Assembly (NCBI RefSeq): GCF_051097895.1
Contig: NZ_CP142525.1
Span: 1,110,001-1,142,000, forward strand
DNA: 32,000 nt
Source: Psychrobacter sp. HD31
Lineage (GTDB): Bacteria > Pseudomonadota > Gammaproteobacteria > Pseudomonadales > Moraxellaceae
Reading direction: 5' to 3'
Translations under genes and position numbers: made by a program
The notes under the pieces: model-generated
Seen by the model: the letters and a program-made list of their open reading frames with translations, nothing else
Database searches by the model: none
What the model was told of the DNA's origin: nothing
Part shown: piece after piece, positions 18,113-26,274 of the stretch
Layout: each line of letters starts with the position of its first letter
How positions within the stretch are numbered: the stretch's first letter is position 1

Positions 18113-18277
18113 ACGCTTATCTTGTATTAAATGACTATTAACATCTGTTTACCTTAATCATACATCTGTTTAATAGTTTTGTCATTCATCTACATCATAC
18201 TTGTAATGGTACTATATAAAATTTTTTGTTTAATGGTACGAATCTAATCAATTAATTTAACAATCTAAGGAAAGACT

Positions 18278-18802
18278 ATGAGCGATAATATTATTAACCT
18301 AAATGATGAAAGTGGTAATACAACGGTTGCACTTAACGGGGGTAACGCTAATTTAGATATGGGTGGTCACGGTCACCAAGGTGACATCACACTTTATGGT
18401 CCAGAACGTGAAGAGACCATTCATTTAGATGGCGGTAACGGCAATCTTAAAATGGGCGGTAATGGTCATCAAGGCGATGTATCTTTGTTGCATACAGAGG
18501 GTGGCTGCACAGTACACATTGATGGCGGTAATGGCAACCTAACGATGGGTGGTGAAGGTGCACAAGGTGATGTGACATTAAAAGATGCTGAGGGTAACCA
18601 AACGGTTCATATTGATGGTGGTAATGGCAATCTATTACTTGGTGGTAACGGTCATCAAGGCGACATCACATTATTAGACGTAAACGGTAACGAAACGGTA
18701 CACATTGATGGTGACAATGGTGCAATTAACATTAAAGAACAAGACATTGTTGCGTTAATCATGGACTTAAAAGCCCGTATTGAAGCGTTGGAAGCGAAGT
18801 AA
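18278..18802 (+). CDS. Orphan tandem-repeat protein: exact 31-residue period, Gly/Asn/His/Asp-rich, C-terminal amphipathic helix; no signal peptide; function unknown
   Basis: 174 aa. Repeat units start at T16, T47, T78, T109 and T140: TVHIDGGNGNLxxGGNGHQGDhxLLDxxGNx. The tail is EQDIVALIMDLKARIEALEAK. AAGGAAAG RBS upstream and a strong terminator downstream. Confidence 0.8.
   Translation: MSDNIINLNDESGNTTVALNGGNANLDMGGHGHQGDITLYGPEREETIHLDGGNGNLKMGGNGHQGDVSLLHTEGGCTVHIDGGNGNLTMGGEGAQGDVTLKDAEGNQTVHIDGGNGNLLLGGNGHQGDITLLDVNGNETVHIDGDNGAINIKEQDIVALIMDLKARIEALEAK
18323..18730 (+). repeat. Coding tandem repeat, 93-bp period, 4 full units plus 1 partial
   Basis: Units at 18323, 18416, 18509, 18602 and 18695. 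The copies differ mostly at synonymous or conservative positions, so this is an old repeat under selection rather than a recent duplication. Confidence 0.85.
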
Positions 18803-18835
18803 CAGGTAACTATTAGTATTAGAAAAGTTGGTATT

Positions 18836-18864
18836 AAAAAAGGACGCTAAGCGTCCTTTTTTTA
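18836..18864. terminator. Bidirectional terminator between the repeat-protein gene and rapA
   Basis: AAAAA-AGGACGC-taa-GCGTCCT-TTTTTTT. Confidence 0.8.
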
Positions 18865-18891
18865 CATGTTAATCTTGTAGTTATAGTTTCA

Positions 18892-21810
18892 TCAAGGCTT
18901 AACCGCAACCAATACTCGAATGCTATCAGGAATTAGCGATAGATTATCCAATGCCTGCTCACCTTGAGCCTTTAAGGTTTCTAGGCGTTCAATCTCACTG
19001 TCTCGAACATTTGGATTAATGGCTTGCAAGTGGCGAAGTCGGTCAGTCTCACGTTGCCATTGTTGGCTAAAGCGGTCTTTTGCTTGTTCGCTAATAGCAG
19101 CAAGTTTTGCTTTTGCCAATTGTTCACTGTCGTGATAACGGTCTTCAATCAATGCCGCACGCATTTTAACAACTTGTCTGGCACGATTTTTATCTAAATG
19201 CGTGATGTAGGGTGCAATCATCTCACTGCTAATGCGCTCAGACAAATCTTGACCTTGCTCACTAATAAATACCCGAATATTTTGCATTGGTAAAACAGCA
19301 GACAAATTAAGCATTTTAGGGGCAACCGCACATACTCGGTAGTTTGCTTCTACCATTACCATACCTTCTGGCATGGCATTACTTTTTAGCATAACCACAG
19401 CGGTATTACCAAATGTGCCACTGTTTGCCATTTCATAAACCGATTGCATTAACGGGTGCTCATGCGTGAGATAGGCAATATCTTCACGGCTTAACGCTTG
19501 GCGACGATCAAAGGTTAAAGTCATGCCCTCTTCGCTAATAGGCAAACTGTCAAAGTCGCTATGTTTATTTGACTCAGGTGGATGAATCACCCAAGTACCA
19601 TCACGTTGCTCACTGTGGTCAATATTGGCAACATCTAAAAAACGCTCAAAAAAGGCTGGTAAAACATTGTGCTCATCAAAGTCTTGCATGGTACTAGCAA
19701 TACGCCCTGCCACACGGGGTCGGCAAGAGTTATATTCTAACAAGCGGTCTCGCCCTTGTTGCAACTCTGCTTCTAATGCTAAACGAATGTTGGCCCCTTC
19801 ATCTACCAACCCTGTTAGGGTGTGTTGGCTATTTGAGTCAGTTTCCAAACTATCGGCTTCTTCAGTGTTAGCACCTTCTAACAAAGGTTTTAACGCCATA
19901 ATAAATTGCTCTTGTACCGTTTGAGCCGTTGGCGAGATTTGATTAAAAATGTTTAAAGCACCGTTATACCAGTGGAACAGTCTTTCTTGCGCTGTACCAG
20001 AAACATAAGGCACATGTAAGGTAATTTGTTGGCTTTGCCCAATGCGGTCAAGGCGACCAATGCGTTGTTCTAACGTATCTGGGTTGGCAGGCAAATCAAA
20101 CAAAATTAAATGGCTAGCAAATTGAAAATTTCGCCCTTCTGAGCCAATTTCAGAACACAATAAGATTTGCGCACCTTCTTCATCAGCAAAATAAGCCGAT
20201 GCTTGGTCTCTCTCTAACAAGGTCATTTGCTCGGTAAATACGGCAGTTTTAATACCTGCATGCAAACGAAGTACGGCCTCTAAACTTTCTACCGTTGCAC
20301 CGCTGCGAGCAATCAGTAACACTTTATTTTGTTTTAAATCCGTTTTTAAAATATCTATTAACCAAGGCACACGAGGGTCATATTCAAGCCAACCGCCATC
20401 CGGTTGGTTCTCTTCTCCCCACAACTGCTCTTTTAACTTACCACAGGTTTGGTAGCTGCCTTTCCATTGTTCTGGCAATGGCAACGGATAAGCCTGGCAA
20501 CAACGGCCATAAAATCCTTGCACACTCTCACGAGTATTACGGAACAATACACGCCCTGTGCCATGTCTGTCTAACAAGTCGTTTAATACATGCTGGCGCA
20601 GTTTTGCATCCGTATTAATGTTGTCCAGTTGTTGTTGCTCCATACCCAATAAACCGGCCAATGCCCCTATTTGGGCATCACTTAATGGTTTTTCATCCAT
20701 TAACACCGTTGCCACCATTGCCGTTTGTGCAAACGCATCCGAGCTGGCAATAAAGTCTTCTAAATCATCAAAGCGGTCTGGGTCTAACAAACGTAGGCGA
20801 GCAAAATGGCTTTCTACGCCCAATTGCTCTGGGGTTGCGGTTAAAAGTAAAACACCTGCTGTTTCTTCGGCAAAGTCGGCAACTAAATCATATTTTTCAT
20901 TACCGCCATGTTCTGCATCCCAATGTAAATGATGCGCCTCATCAACTACCAATAAGTCAAAGCCCGCTTCCATCGCTTGGTCATATAAATCATGGTGATC
21001 CAGCAACAAGTCTAAACTGGCAATAATACATTGCTCAGTTAAAAATACATTTTGTTCTGGATTATGCTCTTTAATTGCGGCTGTCCGAACCAAATCAAAT
21101 AACGAAAACTCAAGATTAAAACGACGACGCATTTCAATCATCCATTGATATTGCAAGCTATCTGGCACCAAAACAAGCACTCGCTCAGCTTTGCCTGTCA
21201 GTAGTTGCTGATGGATAATCAAACCAGCTTCTATGGTTTTACCAAGCCCTACTTCATCCGCTAACAAAACACGAGGCGCAATACGCTTACCAACCTCATG
21301 GGCAATGTAGAGCTGATGCTCAATAATATCGACTCTTGCACCCATTAAGCCTTTTAAAGGGTGTCCAGCAATTGCCGCTTGCATGCGCAAAACATCTTGG
21401 CGTAAATCATACCAATCACTGCGCTCAACCTGCCCTGCCATCAGCCTTTCTAGCGGTTTGGCAAGCGTGATATTTGCTGCCAAACGTGTTTCCATAATAG
21501 ACTTGGCATTACCCTCGCTATCTTCTACTTGGTACTTAAGCACCCCCATTAGCTCATCAGTCCCAGTAACTTTATAGGTATTGCCGTCTTGGTCGGTTAC
21601 ACAGTCACCTGCTTTAAAAACCACGCGAGATAATGGCGCCGAGTTTTGAGCATACGCTCTGGTTTCTTCACTTTGAGGAAACAAAACATGGACGCAACGC
21701 TCTTCTACATCTATCACCACTCCCAAACCAAGTTCGGCTTCGGTGTCTGATAAGTAGCGTTGTCCAACGGCAAAAGTGTTTGAAAAATTTTGAGATTGAG
21801 ATGCTGTCAT
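18892..21810 (-). CDS. rapA: RNA polymerase-associated SWI2/SNF2 ATPase RapA (HepA)
   Basis: 972 aa (E. coli RapA is 968 aa). N-terminus FAVGQRYLSDTEAELGLGVV matches E. coli [20 protein letters not shown]. Helicase motifs LLADEVGLGKTIEAG, DLLVVDEAHHL, LLLTATPEQLG, QRIGRLDRIGQ. Confidence 0.95.
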   Translation of the reverse strand: MTASQSQNFSNTFAVGQRYLSDTEAELGLGVVIDVEERCVHVLFPQSEETRAYAQNSAPLSRVVFKAGDCVTDQDGNTYKVTGTDELMGVLKYQVEDSEGNAKSIMETRLAANITLAKPLERLMAGQVERSDWYDLRQDVLRMQAAIAGHPLKGLMGARVDIIEHQLYIAHEVGKRIAPRVLLADEVGLGKTIEAGLIIHQQLLTGKAERVLVLVPDSLQYQWMIEMRRRFNLEFSLFDLVRTAAIKEHNPEQNVFLTEQCIIASLDLLLDHHDLYDQAMEAGFDLLVVDEAHHLHWDAEHGGNEKYDLVADFAEETAGVLLLTATPEQLGVESHFARLRLLDPDRFDDLEDFIASSDAFAQTAMVATVLMDEKPLSDAQIGALAGLLGMEQQQLDNINTDAKLRQHVLNDLLDRHGTGRVLFRNTRESVQGFYGRCCQAYPLPLPEQWKGSYQTCGKLKEQLWGEENQPDGGWLEYDPRVPWLIDILKTDLKQNKVLLIARSGATVESLEAVLRLHAGIKTAVFTEQMTLLERDQASAYFADEEGAQILLCSEIGSEGRNFQFASHLILFDLPANPDTLEQRIGRLDRIGQSQQITLHVPYVSGTAQERLFHWYNGALNIFNQISPTAQTVQEQFIMALKPLLEGANTEEADSLETDSNSQHTLTGLVDEGANIRLALEAELQQGRDRLLEYNSCRPRVAGRIASTMQDFDEHNVLPAFFERFLDVANIDHSEQRDGTWVIHPPESNKHSDFDSLPISEEGMTLTFDRRQALSREDIAYLTHEHPLMQSVYEMANSGTFGNTAVVMLKSNAMPEGMVMVEANYRVCAVAPKMLNLSAVLPMQNIRVFISEQGQDLSERISSEMIAPYITHLDKNRARQVVKMRAALIEDRYHDSEQLAKAKLAAISEQAKDRFSQQWQRETDRLRHLQAINPNVRDSEIERLETLKAQGEQALDNLSLIPDSIRVLVAVKP

Positions 21811-22076
21811 AATCGAGTTAATTAAGTTTTATTTTATTAAAGAATTGCTTAGGGCTAAGCTCAATACACAATCAAACTAACAGTTAATCAGCAAAGTATT
21901 TAATCTGGCTGTTATTGAATTTAGCTGTATCAATTGATTGAACTGCCTAAGCGCATATTATAGCTTAAATGGGGACAAGAAATAGTTATAAAAGTGTGAT
22001 TAATGAGTATTTTACGCTTAAAAATCTTGCTACTATTTAAGTAAGCGATATCTTTTAACAATAAAACAACCCAACA

Positions 22077-22105
22077 TTGATACAATGGTTGATTTATCCT
22101 AAATT
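22077..22105 (+). promoter_or_regulatory. Putative sigma70 promoter of the CitE-like gene
   Basis: TTGATA (22077-22082), 17-nt spacer, TAAATT (22100-22105). This overlaps the TTG used as the start in the ORF track, which argues for the ATG at 22131. Confidence 0.45.
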
Positions 22106-22130
22106 AATAGCCATCTTTTTGGAGCATCTA

Positions 22131-23009
22131 ATGAGCCATCATCCCAACTTATGTATATCTCGCTCATACTTATTTGTACCTGCAAATCGTATGGACAGAA
22201 TCAATAAAGCACTTACCAGTGATGCCGATGCAGTCATAATTGATTTAGAAGACGCAGTTAGCCACGCAGACAAAACAACAGCAAGGCATAACTTGCAACA
22301 GTTTTTTGCAACCCAAACAATAAAAAGAGAAACGCCCATTTGGATAAGGATAAACAACATTGGCGGTAAACAAAATGATGATAAATCCGATTTTCAGCAA
22401 GACTTATTACTTTGCCAACAGTTAAAAAAACATCTTGTAGGTATTGTGTTGCCAAAAGTAGAAAATGGCGAAACCATTGAGCATGTGCACAACATGACAA
22501 AGCTGCCCATCATTGCACAATTAGAAACAGCCCATGCCATTTATATGCTAAAGGCCATTGTGAGTAAGGCTTATATCAAAGGTTTACATGCCATTAGTTA
22601 TGGTACGTTAGATATTTGTAACGAGCTAAACTTAAGCTTAAATTCGCCCGCACAAAAAGACTTTATCAACCATTTGCGCTATCAACTGTTATTGGCAAGT
22701 AAAGCCAACGGTTTAAACCCACCTATTGAAAGCATTTATGCTGATTTTAAAGATGATGCAGGATTAACCAAAACCGCCGATTATGTTGCTGACTTAGGTT
22801 TTTCTGGCATGCTTGCCATTCATCCTAACCAGCTTGGCACTATAAACAAGGCGTTTGCTTCAAACAAAATAGACACTCATTTTGCCCAAAAGGTCATTGA
22901 ACATTATGCAAAAACAAAAGAAGCAACCTTTGCTATTGATGGCGTAATGGTGGATTTACCATTAATTAACCAGTGTGATGCTGTTTTAAAAAGTTTAACC
23001 AAAAATTAA
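22131..23009 (+). CDS. HpcH/HpaI aldolase / citrate lyase beta subunit-like (CitE-like) acyl-CoA lyase
   Basis: SYLFVPANRMDRINKALTSDADAVIIDLEDAV is the CitE family signature. GGAG RBS at 22119-22122 supports the start at 22131 (292 aa) rather than 22077. Confidence 0.8.
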   Translation: MSHHPNLCISRSYLFVPANRMDRINKALTSDADAVIIDLEDAVSHADKTTARHNLQQFFATQTIKRETPIWIRINNIGGKQNDDKSDFQQDLLLCQQLKKHLVGIVLPKVENGETIEHVHNMTKLPIIAQLETAHAIYMLKAIVSKAYIKGLHAISYGTLDICNELNLSLNSPAQKDFINHLRYQLLLASKANGLNPPIESIYADFKDDAGLTKTADYVADLGFSGMLAIHPNQLGTINKAFASNKIDTHFAQKVIEHYAKTKEATFAIDGVMVDLPLINQCDAVLKSLTKN

Positions 23010-23066
23010 AGCTTTTAAACCGAGTACAGCCAATAACTTAAGCAGTACATCAGGTTTAAAAGCTTT
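23008..23066. repeat. 14-bp perfect inverted repeat with a 31-nt loop at a convergent gene junction (atypical terminator candidate)
   Basis: AAAGCTTTTAAACC (23008-23021) / GGTTTAAAAGCTTT (23053-23066). The left arm starts inside the CitE-like stop codon. Confidence 0.5.
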
Positions 23067-23089
23067 TAATCATAGCTCTTAATTTTATA

Positions 23090-23854
23090 TTAGGCTAACA
23101 TACCGCCATCAACAATGACCGTTGTACCTGTGGTATAGCTAGACGCATCCGAAACCAAATAAAGTACCGTGCCTGCCATCTCGTCAGGGTGTGCAACACG
23201 ACCCAGTGGAATGGCATGAAGCACTGATTTTAAAATATCTTCATTGCTAGTCAGGGTAGAAGCAAATTTGGTGTCTGTTAACCCTGGTAGTAACGCATTA
23301 ACTCGAATATTTAAGTTGCCACATTCTTTAGCAAATGCTTTGGTCATACTAATAACCGCCGCTTTTGTTACCGAATAAATCCCTTGTTTATCGCCTGGGG
23401 TAATACCATTAACCGATGCCGTATTTAAAATAACACCACCTGTTTCTTGCTCGCGCATGAGCTTACCGGCTGCAACCGACATAAAGAAATAACCACGGAT
23501 ATTCACATCCACTGTTTTGCTAAAAGCAGCTTCATCGGTGTCAAGAATATGCCCAAAGTAAGGGTTGGCTGCCGCATTATTTACTAAGATGTCAATTTTG
23601 CCAAACTCATTTTTAATATGCGCAAAAATAGCGTCTATCTGTGACATCTCGCCAATATGGCACGCAAACGCACTGGCACTGCCACCCTCTGCAACAATAC
23701 TGTCTGCCACTGCTTGGCAAGCGTCTATTTTTCGGCTAGAAACAATCACGTGTGCGCCTTTGGTTGCCAATAATCGTGCAATGGACTCACCGATACCACG
23801 GCTAGCACCTGTAACTAATGCAACTTTTCCTGTTAAATCAAATAAGTCTTTCAT
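23090..23854 (-). CDS. Short-chain dehydrogenase/reductase (classical SDR)
   Basis: 254 aa. TGASRGIG cofactor motif, NNAA, catalytic YSVTKAA (YxxxK). Confidence 0.9.
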   Translation of the reverse strand: MKDLFDLTGKVALVTGASRGIGESIARLLATKGAHVIVSSRKIDACQAVADSIVAEGGSASAFACHIGEMSQIDAIFAHIKNEFGKIDILVNNAAANPYFGHILDTDEAAFSKTVDVNIRGYFFMSVAAGKLMREQETGGVILNTASVNGITPGDKQGIYSVTKAAVISMTKAFAKECGNLNIRVNALLPGLTDTKFASTLTSNEDILKSVLHAIPLGRVAHPDEMAGTVLYLVSDASSYTTGTTVIVDGGMLA

Positions 23855-23907
23855 AAGGATGTCCTTTTATTCATTCTGTTATTGCTATGCATTCATGGCT
23901 CAACTGT

Positions 23908-23936
23908 TTTATAAACTGATGCTCACCACACATCAA
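23908..23936 (-). promoter_or_regulatory. Putative sigma70 promoter for the SDR gene at 23090-23854
   Basis: Minus strand reads TTGATG, 17-nt spacer, TATAAA. Confidence 0.45.
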
Positions 23937-24221
23937 TTTTAAGCCTTTAACAAAAGTTTTTTGTACTCACTGATGTCACATACTAACCGTAATTTTTACT
24001 TAAAAACCAACAACTCTTGGCTTTCACATGGTGTTTACTGTAATTGTAGGTAAAAAAGCTTAAGCGTTCGGTTAGTATAGGGTTTAGCACCTTCAGGTTA
24101 CGCTTTCCCTTTGCAAAAATAGCATTGCTAAAAAAAGCGCATTGCCTTTTTAAATTCTACATCTTTTAAAAAGATGACGCCATTTCTGATGCGTCACATT
24201 ATTTGTAACATCATTTGAAGT

Positions 24222-24249
24222 TAACAAATAAAAAGCTGATACAGCTTTT
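24222..24249 (-). terminator. Rho-independent terminator ending the ACAD-MDR-SDR transcription unit
   Basis: Minus strand reads AAAGCTG-tat-CAGCTTT-TTATTTGTT. A second hairpin, TGACGC-N10-GCGTCA plus a T-run, follows at 24162-24196. Confidence 0.5.
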
Positions 24250-24330
24250 GTGCAAAAACGCTTTAGATAGTTATCTTTACAAGTATGCGCCATATCAGTT
24301 TTTTATTTTATTAACGATAGCAAGGTGATA

Positions 24331-25110
24331 TTAAGCCAGCATGCCACCATCTAGGGTAAAGGCATGTCCATTCACAAAGCTACTTTCATCACTGGCTAGC
24401 CAAGCTATCGCAGCAGATACCTCTTCTACTGTACCTAAACGACGCAGAGGACTGGCATGAGTCAGTTTTTTCTGGCTTGCCTCGTCCATTGTTTCCATGG
24501 TGTTGCGTACCATAGGCGTGTCAATAAAGCTTGGGCAAACCGCATTAAAACGGATATTGGCCTTTGCATACTCAAGGGCAGCGGTTTTGGTTAAGCCCAT
24601 CACCCCATGCTTAGAGGCACAATAGGCAGACAACCCTGGAGACGAGCGGAGTCCTGCCACTGATGCGAGGTTAATCACATGACCACCGCCACTTGGTGCC
24701 ATGCAAGCAATTGCTGCACGCATGCAGTGCCATACGCCTTTTAGGTTAATATTAATGGTTCTATCAAAATCATCATCACTAAGCTCATGCAATGCCTTTG
24801 GCAAATGGTCTACGCCAGCATTGTTAACCACAACGTCTAATCCGCCAAGCTCTTGCATCGCATAAGCAAATAAAGCACGGACTTCATCACCACTGGTCAC
24901 GTCTACTTTTTTAAACAAAATTGGGTTACCTGCCTGCTCAGCTTGGCTTACCACTTGTTGCCCATGCTCGTCAGACAAGTCGGCAATAATAACCTTTGCG
25001 CCACGGCTTGCAAGTAGTAATGCACTGGCAGCACCAATACCCGATGCACCACCAGTAATAAGGACTTTTTTTCCTGTCACATTTGCTGCAACTTCTGTTA
25101 CTGCTGACAT
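24331..25110 (-). CDS. Short-chain dehydrogenase/reductase (classical SDR)
   Basis: 259 aa. TGGASGIGAA, NNAG, YCASKHG. The start lies 2 nt after the upstream stop, with AGGAG inside the upstream gene (translational coupling). Confidence 0.9.
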   Translation of the reverse strand: MSAVTEVAANVTGKKVLITGGASGIGAASALLLASRGAKVIIADLSDEHGQQVVSQAEQAGNPILFKKVDVTSGDEVRALFAYAMQELGGLDVVVNNAGVDHLPKALHELSDDDFDRTININLKGVWHCMRAAIACMAPSGGGHVINLASVAGLRSSPGLSAYCASKHGVMGLTKTAALEYAKANIRFNAVCPSFIDTPMVRNTMETMDEASQKKLTHASPLRRLGTVEEVSAAIAWLASDESSFVNGHAFTLDGGMLA

Positions 25111-25112
25111 TA

Positions 25113-26129
25113 TTAGTCTCCTACTTTAATAATTAATTTACCAAAGTTTTGACCCTTAAATAGCATCATTAAGGTATCTGGGAAGGTATCTATGCCTTCC
25201 ACAATATGGTCTTTCACTTTTACTTTACCTTCTTGTATCCAACCGGCAATTTCTTTGGCTGCCACTGAGTATTCTTTGGCATTATCAAATACCACAATAC
25301 CTTCCATACGTGCACGATTCACCAATAAAGACAAATAGTTTGAAGGTCCTTTAACTGGTGTGGTGTTATTGTATTGGCTAATGGCACCACAAATCACAAT
25401 ACGAGCTTTTAGGTTAATTTGGGTAAGTACGTCGTCTAAAATATCACCACCAACGTTATCAAAATAAACATCTACCCCATCAGGGCATGCTTTTTGAAGC
25501 CCAGCCTTCACATTTTCATTTTTGTAGTCAATAACGGCATCAAAACCAAGCTCATCAATCAAAAATTGGCACTTTTCAGGTCCACCGGCAATACCCACCA
25601 CTCGGCAACCTTTAATTTTAGCAATTTGCCCTACCAAACCACCGACTGCACCAGCTGCACCTGATACCACAACCGTTTCACCTTCTTTTGGTTCCCCTGT
25701 GTTTAACAAACCAAAATAGCCTGTCATCCCTGGCATACCAAGCACACCCAAGTAGTATGGTAATGGTGCTAAATTAGGGTCAATTTTATAAAGCCCTGTG
25801 CCATCGCTCACATCATATGCCTGTACGCCACTGTAGCCACCAACATAATCGCCTGCTTCAAAGCCTTCTAGCTTACTTTCGAGGATTTTACCCACTGTGC
25901 CTGCACGCATCACATCACCCACAGCAACTGGCGCAATGTAAGACTTAGCATCGTTTAACCAACCACGCATGGCAGGGTCAACCGAGATATATTCAATCTT
26001 AATAAGTACCTGACCATCTTTAATGCTAGGGACTTCTGCTTGGGTAAATTCCCAAGTTTCTGCACTTGGCTCGCCAACGGGTCTTTGCTTTAATCGCCAT
26101 TGCTTATTGGTTAATGTTTCAGTTGTCAT
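25113..26129 (-). CDS. NADP-dependent oxidoreductase, zinc-independent MDR family (YncB/CurA/PTGR1-like alkenal or enone reductase)
   Basis: 338 aa. VSGAAGAVGGLVGQIAK cofactor motif. N-terminal KQWRLKQRPVGEPS... and C-terminal FGKLIIKV are typical of this subfamily. Confidence 0.9.
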   Translation of the reverse strand: MTTETLTNKQWRLKQRPVGEPSAETWEFTQAEVPSIKDGQVLIKIEYISVDPAMRGWLNDAKSYIAPVAVGDVMRAGTVGKILESKLEGFEAGDYVGGYSGVQAYDVSDGTGLYKIDPNLAPLPYYLGVLGMPGMTGYFGLLNTGEPKEGETVVVSGAAGAVGGLVGQIAKIKGCRVVGIAGGPEKCQFLIDELGFDAVIDYKNENVKAGLQKACPDGVDVYFDNVGGDILDDVLTQINLKARIVICGAISQYNNTTPVKGPSNYLSLLVNRARMEGIVVFDNAKEYSVAAKEIAGWIQEGKVKVKDHIVEGIDTFPDTLMMLFKGQNFGKLIIKVGD

Positions 26130-26274
26130 TTTTTGCTCCTTTTGGGTTTTTTAAATCCCTATTTAATTAATTGTTGCCAAACAACCAATACCATGATGTT
26201 TAGGTAAATGCTGTTTGCATTGGTTAAAATCATTGTTAACTTATATTAGCTTGCTATCGTGTAAAACTATTTAA

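Noticed and set aside
18323-18730. The regular 93-bp tandem repeat as a possible CRISPR or satellite array
   Set aside because: The period is exactly 31 codons in one open frame with an RBS, a start and a terminator. The units are contiguous with no spacers. This is a coding repeat.
19625-21577. Five plus-strand ORFs of 63-124 aa within 19625-21577
   Set aside because: They are antisense to canonical rapA. The same applies to the antisense ORFs inside the WS/DGAT gene (10638-12086), the AI-2E gene (9396-10154), both ACADs, pckA, epmA and the SDR at 23565-23942.
18892-21810. The SNF2-family helicase as a possible defence-system component (DISARM/BREX/Zorya-like)
   Set aside because: Its length, the N-terminal Tudor-like region (FAVGQRYLSDTEAELGLGVV) and its full collinearity with E. 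coli RapA identify it as the housekeeping RNA polymerase recycling factor. No methylase, nuclease or other defence partner is adjacent.
22077-22130. N-terminal extensions proposed by the ORF track: TTG at 22077 for the CitE-like gene, 28296 for the regulator, 17393 for L36
   Set aside because: In each case an internal ATG is preceded by a good Shine-Dalgarno sequence (22131, 28371, 17435). The extension overlaps promoter or operator sequence and adds non-homologous hydrophobic residues.
23980-24078. 10-bp inverted repeat ATACTAACCG / CGGTTAGTAT, 79 bp apart, as a possible MITE
   Set aside because: My rough chance estimate for a 10-bp inverted repeat inside a 476-bp region is about 0.1. There are no flanking target duplications and no further copies in the window.
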